Below are positions 19,222 through 28,345 of a stretch of DNA of 64,000 nt, piece by piece (position 1 is the first letter of the stretch; every line of letters starts with the position of its first letter). This stretch comes from Candidatus Aenigmatarchaeota archaeon (lineage in GTDB: Archaea > Aenigmatarchaeota > Aenigmatarchaeia > GW2011-AR5). The stretch lies in assembly GCA_016193585.1 (NCBI GenBank), contig JACPRW010000008.1:3432-67431 (forward strand), read 5' to 3'. The position numbers and the translations under genes were made by a program. The notes beneath the pieces were generated by a model. The model did no database searches and was not told where the DNA came from. It saw nothing but the letters and a program-made list of their open reading frames with translations.

Positions 19222-19825
19222 ATGGTATGCTCCTGTATACCACCGGCTGAAGTCGGTGGTTTCTGTGGAGCATGGCATCCCGAATGCCTTGTTGCATCTG
19301 CTGCCTGAAGGCAGCAGTTTTCAAGGCATTCAAGATCACAAAGAGGCTTTCATACGGAAAGCGGGCGACGGCGACGTTACTGCAATCCATGAGCTTATAC
19401 AACAGCACCGCTTCAAAGCTGACGGTTCAGGGCAGCTCATTCCGGTGAATAAAACGACGCTGTATGCGCTCGCAGAAGCAGGGAAATTGTTTGTCGCTGA
19501 ACACGGCGGCGTAATAGGCTGCGGCTCGGTGATAAGCTACGACGGCATCGCCGAATTGCGGTCGGTTGTTGTCGCACCCGAGAACCAAAAAAGGGGGTAT
19601 GGCAACGCTCTCATTGAATACGGAAAAAGGCTCGCGGCTGAACTCGGCTACAGCGAACTGTATGCGCTCGTGAATCCCGAAGCGCTGCCGGCGTTTCGGT
19701 CAAGCGGCTTCAGCGTTGTTTCGCCAAGGCCCCTGCAAAAGATAGAGCGCGACTGCGTGCAGTGCCCGCTCTACAAAAACGGATGCAGGGAAAAAACGCT
19801 CGTCTGCAGGCTGGAAGGGCGGTAA
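19211..19825 (+). CDS. GNAT acetyltransferase, short ArgA-like, carrying a repeat-derived N-terminal insert
   Basis: Close paralog of 12928-13425 (DGSGxLIPV, AELRS, RDCxxCPLYKxGCRE); lies between argF and argG. Confidence 0.75.
   Translation: MTGEWYAPVYHRLKSVVSVEHGIPNALLHLLPEGSSFQGIQDHKEAFIRKAGDGDVTAIHELIQQHRFKADGSGQLIPVNKTTLYALAEAGKLFVAEHGGVIGCGSVISYDGIAELRSVVVAPENQKRGYGNALIEYGKRLAAELGYSELYALVNPEALPAFRSSGFSVVSPRPLQKIERDCVQCPLYKNGCREKTLVCRLEGR
19227..19336 (+). mobile_element. ATGCTCC...TCAAGAT element (110 bp) within the GNAT 5' end
   Basis: Near-identical to the outer parts of 9955-10187 and to 22295-22353. Confidence 0.82.
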
Positions 19826-19827
19826 TT

Positions 19828-19924
19828 TATAGTGGACCAACAAAAGAATACCGACATATTACTTTTGTTGTCCGCTATAAGTGAACCAAGATATAATACC
19901 TGATTATTTACTTGGTTCACTATA
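19828..19924. repeat. TA-bounded palindromic mini-element array (units A+B)
   Basis: TAGTGGACCAACAAAAG...CTTTTGTTGTCCGCTA plus GTGAACCAAG...CTTGGTTCAC; both recur at 22053, 34828, 46342. Confidence 0.9.
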
Positions 19925-19956
19925 AATACATGATGAACGGAGTATTGGTGGATAGC

Positions 19957-21192
<1,236 letters not shown>

Positions 21193-21246
21193 CAATCGAT
21201 AGCATGTGAAACACGGACATATAACGCTTGCATACCACTGATTATC

Positions 21247-21549
21247 GTGAAGAAAGGTAGTATTGAGGACTGGCTTTTGGTACTTCTGTTTTTCAGTATC
21301 GTTACCAGTCTTATAACAAGTTCTATGAATAATCAGGCGCAAACAAACTCCTATTATCGACAGCCTGTATACGATGATTCTAGGACATTACTAACTTGTG
21401 ATAAAGTAATTGAAGCGTGTTTGGCGGGCTGCAAAGATGCTTCCATGAAAAAGTACGGTTATGTAACTGAAGATACGTATACTGGTTGTATGCTATACTT
21501 TTGCGAAGAAGAAAGAGAGAAGTGTAAGTTTAATACGGTGGCTAAATGA
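21247..21549 (+). CDS. low-GC Cys-rich membrane-anchored hypothetical protein
   Basis: N-terminal TM helix, 6 Cys, AT-rich relative to neighbours. Confidence 0.6.
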   Translation: MKKGSIEDWLLVLLFFSIVTSLITSSMNNQAQTNSYYRQPVYDDSRTLLTCDKVIEACLAGCKDASMKKYGYVTEDTYTGCMLYFCEEEREKCKFNTVAK

Positions 21550-21562
21550 TTTCCCACACCCG

Positions 21563-21994
21563 TCACACGCCTACCGCATACAGCAGCAGCCGCGGGTAGC
21601 CGAGCAGCGGCATGGCAATCCAGACCTTGCCGAGTACCTGCTCCTTCGTGACGATAGCCCGGTCAGGAGCGGCGTTGTGGTCGCCCTTGAGCACGTAGCC
21701 CTCGTCGGTGATGCCGATGATGCGGTGCACGATGGTGATGCGCGCCTGCGGATGCTCGTAGATGACGATGTCACCGACAGCGGGGTTGTCGACGCCAGTG
21801 ACGAGCAGCAGGTCACCCCGATATAATATAGGCTCCATCGAGTTGCTCACCACGGACACGATGGGCATCGGCGTGTCCAGAGCGAATGCAAGCCCGTGGT
21901 AGAAGAGCCACGCGACGAAGAAGTAGAAGGCTACTTCGAGCGCTTCCCGTACATAGTTGTTTTTGATAGACCTGAACATAACAGTCAATTTCAT
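21563..21994 (-). CDS. signal peptidase I (Sec11 type)
   Basis: VVSNSMEP...GDLL...IVHRI...KGDHN...D. Confidence 0.92.
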   Translation of the reverse strand: MKLTVMFRSIKNNYVREALEVAFYFFVAWLFYHGLAFALDTPMPIVSVVSNSMEPILYRGDLLLVTGVDNPAVGDIVIYEHPQARITIVHRIIGITDEGYVLKGDHNAAPDRAIVTKEQVLGKVWIAMPLLGYPRLLLYAVGV

Positions 21995-22052
21995 GTATGC
22001 GGCGCATACTTTAAATGTTGTTAGTCAGGGTGCGCCACAATCGCAGCCATGA

Positions 22053-22294
22053 TATAGTGAACCAAGTAAATAATCATGTATTATAGCAGATTGTAATAAT
22101 AATGGAACTTTTAGCTGCAATCTGCTATATGGAAAGAACATCATAAAATGTTCCAAAATCAATGTTCTTTACTATTATATCTTGGTTCACTTACACGCAA
22201 AAAGCAAAGCTTTTTGGTGCACCGGAAAACTTTGTTTTCCGCGTGTAGCGGACAACAAAAGTACTATGTCGGTATTCTTTTGTTGGTCCACTAT
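22053..22294. repeat. nested mini-element array: reverse B split by C+D, then reverse H and A
   Basis: Unit B is interrupted by C+D with a TTA/TTA duplication. Confidence 0.9.
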
Positions 22295-22353
22295 ATGCTC
22301 CTGTATACCACCGGCTCAAGTCGGTGGTTTCCGCGGGGCATGGCATTCAAGAT
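22295..22353 (+). mobile_element. ATGCTCC...TCAAGAT element, minimal 59-bp copy
   Basis: ATGCTCCTGTATACCACCGGCT-CA-AGTCGGTGGTTTCC...GGCATTCAAGAT. Confidence 0.8.
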
Positions 22354-22612
22354 TATGAAGAAGATGCAAGGGGCTCGTAGCCGAGCGCGCGCAGTTGGGC
22401 AAGCCGGTCAGGCCGCAACCAGAGACGCCCACTGGTAGGACGTCTCAGGAGGATTGGAAATGCTGACGATGCCGGCATCGTGTCTGCGACATAAACGCTT
22501 ACGCCGAGACGTGCTACAACCGGTGAACGTGTTGCAAAATCCATCGTTCCGGTGAATTGCATTGTATACCAACGGCATTGTATGCCAGCGTTCACAAAGC
22601 TTAAATTTCCGC

Positions 22613-23182
22613 TTACGCCCCTCCCCTGCTTTCGCCGCTCATGCCCGACGCGACAAGGTGCGCAACGCGGAGCGGCTCCGGGACGGCGCTGCGGACGCAG
22701 GTGAGGCGCAGCAGCGCTTCGCACTCGGCGATGCCGATGCCCGATTTCTGGTAGAACAACTCCTTCTCTCCCAACAAGCAGCGGAATATCTTCCCTGCGC
22801 TTCGCACTGCAGCCGCCCTCGCGGGATAATCCCTGAACGAGTGCAGCGCTTCGTCGAATGTTCTTCTGTTTGGCATCTTCCGCTGCACGGCGATGACCGG
22901 AAGCTTGGTGGTACGGTGCAGCAGCCCGATGTCAGCGATGTTGAGCCCGCCGAAACTGATGCCGTCGAGCATGATGTACGAAAGCTGGTCGTAGTGCCGC
23001 GAACGGACGATGCACGCAGCTATCTTCGTCGTTGCATCCGTGCCGTCCTTCGTGATGCGCGTCGAGAGCATGCCGTCAATGACTGAACTGCCCCTGAAGA
23101 CGACGCCGACGAGCCGCACGGTCTTCTGGCCGAAGCGGAACGCGCAGTCGTCCCATGCCACTATTCGGACTTCTGGCTTCAT
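22613..23182 (-). CDS. DUF99 family (endonuclease V-like) protein
   Basis: VAWDD...DGTDAT...LDGISFGGLN...PEPLRVAHLVA. Confidence 0.88.
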   Translation of the reverse strand: MKPEVRIVAWDDCAFRFGQKTVRLVGVVFRGSSVIDGMLSTRITKDGTDATTKIAACIVRSRHYDQLSYIMLDGISFGGLNIADIGLLHRTTKLPVIAVQRKMPNRRTFDEALHSFRDYPARAAAVRSAGKIFRCLLGEKELFYQKSGIGIAECEALLRLTCVRSAVPEPLRVAHLVASGMSGESRGGA

Positions 23183-23195
23183 AATGAGTTCACGT

Positions 23196-23423
23196 TTACA
23201 GAAGCTGAAGAAATTCCTGTCTGGTAAGACCAGATTGCCTGATAATTTCCAGAAGTGTGCCTTTATCTACTTCCATGTGATTTGGAATAACTACTGCTTT
23301 CTTTTTCCCGTTGGAAAATTTAACAAGTACAATGTGGCTTCCTTTTTGTCTGGATTCAGAAAAACCGACCTTAGAAAGAGCCTTTACAACGTCATGCCCT
23401 GACAATACTGGAAGCTTTGGGAT
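23196..23423 (-). CDS. hicA: HicA mRNA interferase toxin (start codon reads ATC)
   Basis: PKLPVLSGHDVVKAL...RQKGSH...VIPNH...GTL. Confidence 0.82.
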   Translation of the reverse strand: MPKLPVLSGHDVVKALSKVGFSESRQKGSHIVLVKFSNGKKKAVVIPNHMEVDKGTLLEIIRQSGLTRQEFLQLL

Positions 23424-23628
23424 CTATAACCACCTCAAAACTCGCTATTATGGTGTCAGTTTTTCCAGTACCTTCGGGAACCCCCATTTCCTCTATGTAA
23501 AGTTCCACAGCTTCTTTGAGATTTTTCAGCGCCGCTTCCACCGTATAGCCCTGGCTGACAACGTCCAGTTCCGGGCACAAAGATACATATTGCTTTTCGC
23601 CCTTTTTGATTATTGCCGTGAAATCCAT
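23392..23628 (-). CDS. hicB: HicB antitoxin
   Basis: CPELDVVSQGYTVEAALKNLKEAVELY. Confidence 0.88.
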   Translation of the reverse strand: MDFTAIIKKGEKQYVSLCPELDVVSQGYTVEAALKNLKEAVELYIEEMGVPEGTGKTDTIIASFEVVIDPKASSIVRA

Positions 23629-23844
23629 AGTTACTACTGCCCAAGGTTATTATTTAAAACTATCCCCATATTTCGGCTTTGTGTGAAAGAAATATTGGTA
23701 CGCACTATGCAGATACGTTTATTGGCGACAGAAAGGCGTATGCGCGCGGCAGACTGGAAGCCGTGAGAGAACTCGCCGCAGAACAGCTGAGTGCCACCCA
23801 AGCCGCCCCAGCAATGTAAACTTTATATACTTGTTTAACAAGTA

Positions 23845-24108
23845 ATGCACATGTCAAAGACAACCGTTACCGTCAGGGATGTTGACGAAGAAATATTCAG
23901 AAAATTCAGGGCATTGTCCGTGGAAGAAAAAGCTAAGCTTGGCGATGCACTCAGCGTGGCTATGAAGCACTGGTTAGAATATGCGGAAAATAAAAATGGC
24001 AGACCTGATCCTAAGAACCTTCTGAAAATAAAAGGGATTGTAACCACGAGGAAAAAGGTTAAATGGAGTGAAGAAATAGACGGGTTTCTTTACGGGTTGA
24101 AGAAATGA
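23845..24108 (+). CDS. putative VapB-type antitoxin (ribbon-helix-helix)
   Basis: TVTVRDVDEEIFRKFR; ATGA overlap with PIN gene. Confidence 0.72.
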   Translation: MHMSKTTVTVRDVDEEIFRKFRALSVEEKAKLGDALSVAMKHWLEYAENKNGRPDPKNLLKIKGIVTTRKKVKWSEEIDGFLYGLKK

Positions 24109-24506
24109 TATTCCTTGATTCGAGCTTTTTGATATCGGTGGAAGTTGACACCGACCAGAATCATAAAAAGGCGTCCGTGATAACGGATGGGATTGCATCC
24201 GGAAAGTATGGTATGCCTGCTATTTCAGATTACATTTTCGATGAGGTTATCACGGTGACTTTTGGCAGAACGAAAGACTTGGAAAAAGCTGTGCTGGTTG
24301 GGGAGAAATTGAATGAGTCGGCAGAGATGATTAAAATTGAGGATTTGTATTTCAGGGAAGCTTGGGAGATCTTCAAAGACCAGAAAGATACCAGGCTGAG
24401 TTTTACCGACTGCACAACGCTGGCTCTGATGAGAGGCAGGGGAATAAAAACGATTGCCACGTTTGACGGGGATTTCAAGAAAGTAAAGGGAATTACTGTT
24501 GTTTGA
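24105..24506 (+). CDS. vapC: VapC PIN-domain toxin
   Basis: IFLDSS...DE...SFTDC...ATFDGDF. Confidence 0.9.
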   Translation: MIFLDSSFLISVEVDTDQNHKKASVITDGIASGKYGMPAISDYIFDEVITVTFGRTKDLEKAVLVGEKLNESAEMIKIEDLYFREAWEIFKDQKDTRLSFTDCTTLALMRGRGIKTIATFDGDFKKVKGITVV

Positions 24507-24712
24507 GTCCGCTTAAGAACGCTCATGAAAGAGTACGCGCATGACCGAATGCAGATGCCGTATGGTATGTAGCCCATCTTGTCCAACAGTATAGACCTGA
24601 CAGGATTTCTATCGGGACGCGACAATCGTTAGCCTGGTGACGACAGGAAGGTGTATCTGCGCGTCGAATTGGAAGCGGTAGAACACGTTGCAGAGCACGT
24701 CGGAATGAAGGC

Positions 24713-24979
24713 CTATTTGAACTCCTTCTCGACCTTCCTGCGCAGCTCCTCGATGTCGTCGACGATTTGAGCGGCAGCGTCGAGCAGCGCCTTCTTGGGG
24801 TTCTTGCTCCTCACCAGCAGCACAGGCTTGGTAAGGTACGGGTGCTCCACTTTGTACGATGACACGTCGACGCCGCTTTGTTTCCAGACATTCTCGTTGA
24901 GCAGGTTGACCAGCGTGAGGCTGCCGTCGACCTCGATTTTCAGCTTGTCTTTCTCGTTTTCAAGCACGGTGATTTTCAT
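24713..24979 (-). CDS. rpoL: RNA polymerase subunit L (Rpo11)
   Basis: LKIEVDG..TLVNLL...SYKVEHP...NPKKAL. Confidence 0.88.
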   Translation of the reverse strand: MKITVLENEKDKLKIEVDGSLTLVNLLNENVWKQSGVDVSSYKVEHPYLTKPVLLVRSKNPKKALLDAAAQIVDDIEELRRKVEKEFK

Positions 24980-25043
24980 ATCAGCGCCTCCAACATTCTG
25001 ACTCTATCTGTTCTCTGTGAAATGAATTTTTGGCCCAGACAAA

Positions 25044-25142
25044 TATATGGTGAATTGCACTGGTTATGTCCTGATATTATTTGCAATTCACCTATAGAAA
25101 ATTGCGCGTTAATACGACATAAGCTGCGCAATTATCTATATC
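25044..25142. repeat. mini-element array, intact units E+F
   Basis: GGTGAATTGC...GCAATTCACC plus GAAAATTGCGC...GCGCAATTATC, joined and flanked by TATA. Confidence 0.9.
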
Positions 25143-25246
25143 TTGGTCAGTGTTCCCGTGGATACCACAGCATAAGGTCCAGACATAACCAAAACAACCT
25201 CATTCCTTGTAGAGTACGTTCCTGTTTGCATTCCAAAAACCATGCA

Positions 25247-26182
25247 TCACAAATATTCGATGTCCTCGGCATTGATGAGCGGCTTGGCGAAATGATCGTC
25301 CATGATGCGCGGGCACGCGGTGTTGACGAAGGCGTCGACCTTCAGCCCCTCAAGCTTGGCGCTCGTGACCTCATCCATAATAAGCACGTAAGCTTTTTTA
25401 TCCTTTTCCTCGAGCTGCTGCCTGACGCGTTCTGCGGCGCCGAGCAGCTCGCGCTGGCCTTCCTTCGTGGAAACGATGATGCCGAACGTCTTCGCGTCTT
25501 TCGCCTTGTAGATAGCCGCAAACCGCCGCTTCTCGAAAAGCGCAGTGTCCAGCTTCTCGACGGCCTTCGTTTCCAGGTCGAACGTATAGACCGGCTTGCC
25601 GCGCATGCCGAGCGGATGGAATTTGCCCGAGCCGACGAACAGGAACGCATCCACATTGCTTTCAATCTTCTGGGCGGGCAGCGTATAGCAGCCGAGGATA
25701 TTCCCTGCGAAAAAAGGCTTCTTGCCTGCCTTGACAAGAAGGTCGCGGACTTCGCTGAGGAGATCGGTGTGCTGCACCGTGGTCACGATGCCGATGTGTT
25801 CCTCGTGTATGGATGAAAAATCAGCTCCGTCGAGGGAGGCGCGCATGTTCCACGGAAAGTAGAGAACAGGGACAGCGGTGCCAAAGTCGCGGTAAAACTT
25901 CGAATGGCCGATGTGCACGAGCAGGTCGCACTGCATCGCCTGCGCCTCCTTGTCCGCGAGGTCGCAGGCGCCATAGGTGGCGTCGCACGAGATGACGGTG
26001 CTGATGCCTGACTGCCCGAGCAGCGACGCTAGGGCGATGACGCTCGTCCTGAGCCCCTCGGGAGCCTGCAGCAGCACGCGCCGCGCATTCCTCTGCCGCA
26101 GTTCTTCCAGAAGCGCATGGGCGTTGCGCTCGAAAGAAGTCTGGGGAACAGGAGCATGAGCCGTGCCTGCATTGGGTTGCAT
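25247..26182 (-). CDS. dph2: diphthamide biosynthesis protein Dph2
   Basis: LQAPEGL, YGACD, HIGH, ILGC, TACPRI. Confidence 0.93.
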   Translation of the reverse strand: MQPNAGTAHAPVPQTSFERNAHALLEELRQRNARRVLLQAPEGLRTSVIALASLLGQSGISTVISCDATYGACDLADKEAQAMQCDLLVHIGHSKFYRDFGTAVPVLYFPWNMRASLDGADFSSIHEEHIGIVTTVQHTDLLSEVRDLLVKAGKKPFFAGNILGCYTLPAQKIESNVDAFLFVGSGKFHPLGMRGKPVYTFDLETKAVEKLDTALFEKRRFAAIYKAKDAKTFGIIVSTKEGQRELLGAAERVRQQLEEKDKKAYVLIMDEVTSAKLEGLKVDAFVNTACPRIMDDHFAKPLINAEDIEYL

Positions 26183-26222
26183 GGAAACACCTGAAGCATA
26201 CCTGCCGCGAAACGCTTAAGAA

Positions 26223-26717
26223 TCACGTCGAAGATGGGAATTGGAACAGAAGCTTGCCGCCCCGTCCATAGTTCCACCGGGCTTCCTTGACATCCTCTGA
26301 AGTGAACGTTCCCTTTCTCCCGTATACGAGCATCGGCTGCCGTGATGTCAACCGGGCTCCACGTGTATTGCATGGGCAGACAAGCAGTACGTCGTATGCA
26401 CCATCGTGCGCATCGACCCATTCCTGAACAGAAGCGAGAGGCACAGATTCATGTCTTGTGCTCCTGTCAGCGTACCAGAACCCGCTGGCATCCGAGCGCC
26501 CATGAGCAGCCAGTACCCTGACCGTTCGCGCCGGGTTGCCTCGTCCCTGCACTACGCGAAGCATATCCGCCGCATCGAACCTGAGAAAATCCTCGGCATC
26601 AGATTCCGCTTCAGAAGCATGCCCGCGAAACTGCCCCTCCCTAATTGCCCTCATGTAGCCGGAGAGCACTTCCACAGATACGTCGATGACACCGCTTTGA
26701 GCGGCAGTTGTTTTCAT
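26223..26717 (-). CDS. hypothetical protein
   Basis: 164-aa ORF co-directional with dph2; no recognised family. Confidence 0.55.
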   Translation of the reverse strand: MKTTAAQSGVIDVSVEVLSGYMRAIREGQFRGHASEAESDAEDFLRFDAADMLRVVQGRGNPARTVRVLAAHGRSDASGFWYADRSTRHESVPLASVQEWVDAHDGAYDVLLVCPCNTRGARLTSRQPMLVYGRKGTFTSEDVKEARWNYGRGGKLLFQFPSST

Positions 26718-26736
26718 ATGGGGTAGTAGAATGTAA

Positions 26737-26829
26737 TAGTAAAGAACATTGATTTTGGAACATTTTATGATGTTCTTTCCATATAGCAGATTGCAGCTAA
26801 AAGTTCCATTATTATTACAATCTGCTATA
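26737..26829. repeat. mini-element array, reverse C+D with TAA/TAA flanks
   Basis: TAGTAAAGAACAT...ATGTTCTTTCCATA plus TAGCAGATTG...CAATCTGCTA. Confidence 0.9.
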
Positions 26830-26865
26830 ATCTATAAATATCTTCGGACTACCGGGAAGAAAACG

Positions 26866-28335
26866 TCAGCGCGCCTTGTAGCTGAAGCCGCCCTTTGGCT
26901 GCCGCTTGTAGTAGTATGCTGCGCCGACAATCGCGATGACAACCAGGCCGACAAAGCCGAGAATGAGCATGTCTGTGCCCCCGCTTGGGGCAGCACCCGG
27001 CGGCTGCTGACCCGGCACTGTTGTTGTGGTGGTGGTCGCCGCTCCTGCCTGAGGCACCGTGGTGGTTGTCGTGGCAGCTGATGGCTGCGAACCGGTGATG
27101 GCAAAGACCGACAGCCCCGGCGACTGCGCCGAATAGGATACGTGCGTGGTGTTGCTGCTGAGTTTCGTTGTCGTCAGTTTTCTCCACCCACTGCTCTCAT
27201 AGCGGTTGAGCGCGACCGTCGATTCGTCAATGTTATTTGCCGTGAGCCACGCCTTTTCGACCTGGAAGTCTATGGTTGCCGAACTCACGTCACTGTCAGT
27301 AAAGTTGGTCTTGTCGACTTTCAGATAGTGGTATACCGTTTCTGAGGGGTTGGTCACTTCAGCGGGCTTGTCAGCCGGCTTCTCCACGATGATCTGGATG
27401 TTCTTGACCGCATTCACGACGGTTACGGATATTTTTTTGACATTCGTTTCCTCGATCTTTGTCACATTAACAAGCGCCGCCTTGCCTGCTGCAACGCTGG
27501 GAATGGTGATGGTTGCCTTGCCCTTGGTAATGGTCACCTTCGTTCCTGGCTGCACTTCGCCTGCAGCGCCGCCAGAAGTGGTGCCGCCAGTTGTCGCTGC
27601 CGCCGTGGTAGTGGTTGTCGTGCTCACCGTGACGCTCGTCGTGCCTGATGACGTGCCACCCGGCGTGCCGGAAACGGCAAGCGAGAACGCGCACGTGCCG
27701 GCAGACGACGGCGCGGTCACCGTCCAGCTTTGGGAGGAAGATGAAGAGCCTGCAATGGTGCCTATCGATCGCGTGGCGCTGGCAATGCTGCAGCTGCCTG
27801 AGGTGCTTGATAGCGTCGCGGCCACGGCAGTCGTGCCGCCTGCTGCTTCAGTGCCGCCGTTCTGGATGGTGGCGGAAACGGTGAACGACGCACTAGTTGC
27901 AACAGTTGTTGAAGATGGTGTTATGGAAACGACTGAAAGTTCAGCTGGAGACGTCACCGACACCTGCGTGCAGTCTGCGGTGCACGTCCCGCCCATGCTC
28001 ACGCACACGTCCTGCGAGCCTGCGGTGTTCGGCGTGAGCGTAAAGGACACTGATTTCGATTCGCCTGCGCTGATGCTCGAGATGACCTGTGACGTCGTCT
28101 CGCCGGTGAACCAGCTGCCGAGCAGTGTCGCGGCCACGCTTGACTGGGTCTGCGACTGCTGGTTGGTCACGCTTACCTCAAGCGTTCCTGACGTGCCCCT
28201 TGTCATCGTGCTCGTGGTGAGCGAGCAGGTGTACTGCGACGACGAGCAGGCATTGTTGCATGCCGCAAAGGTCACCGGGACACTCAGCGCGAACAATGTA
28301 AGCGCGATTACAATGCCCAACAGTTTGTGGTTCAT
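26866..28335 (-). CDS. cell-surface glycoprotein: Ig/CARDB domains, PGF-pre-PGF domain, Thr-rich linkers, C-terminal TM
   Basis: Signal peptide, FQVEKAWL...LNRY...SPGLSVFAI, poly-Thr, TM helix with basic tail. Confidence 0.85.
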   Translation of the reverse strand: MNHKLLGIVIALTLFALSVPVTFAACNNACSSSQYTCSLTTSTMTRGTSGTLEVSVTNQQSQTQSSVAATLLGSWFTGETTSQVISSISAGESKSVSFTLTPNTAGSQDVCVSMGGTCTADCTQVSVTSPAELSVVSITPSSTTVATSASFTVSATIQNGGTEAAGGTTAVAATLSSTSGSCSIASATRSIGTIAGSSSSSQSWTVTAPSSAGTCAFSLAVSGTPGGTSSGTTSVTVSTTTTTTAAATTGGTTSGGAAGEVQPGTKVTITKGKATITIPSVAAGKAALVNVTKIEETNVKKISVTVVNAVKNIQIIVEKPADKPAEVTNPSETVYHYLKVDKTNFTDSDVSSATIDFQVEKAWLTANNIDESTVALNRYESSGWRKLTTTKLSSNTTHVSYSAQSPGLSVFAITGSQPSAATTTTTVPQAGAATTTTTTVPGQQPPGAAPSGGTDMLILGFVGLVVIAIVGAAYYYKRQPKGGFSYKAR

Positions 28336-28345
28336 GGAAGGTCCT

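Noticed and set aside
19227-19336. Element as a BHB-type mRNA intron
   Set aside because: No clear BHB at the junctions, and the 9955 copy lies antisense to the gene it interrupts. Not fully excluded without RNA data.
22148-22438. ORF-track entries over repeats (also 9930-10184, 26749-27081, 34861-35079, 42627-42980, 44896-45216, 46272-46469)
   Set aside because: They translate repeat DNA; identical peptides recur wherever the units recur.
22353-22562. Possible 69-aa minus-strand gene (MQFTGTMDF...)
   Set aside because: No recognisable motif, and its stop abuts a repeat; insufficient support.
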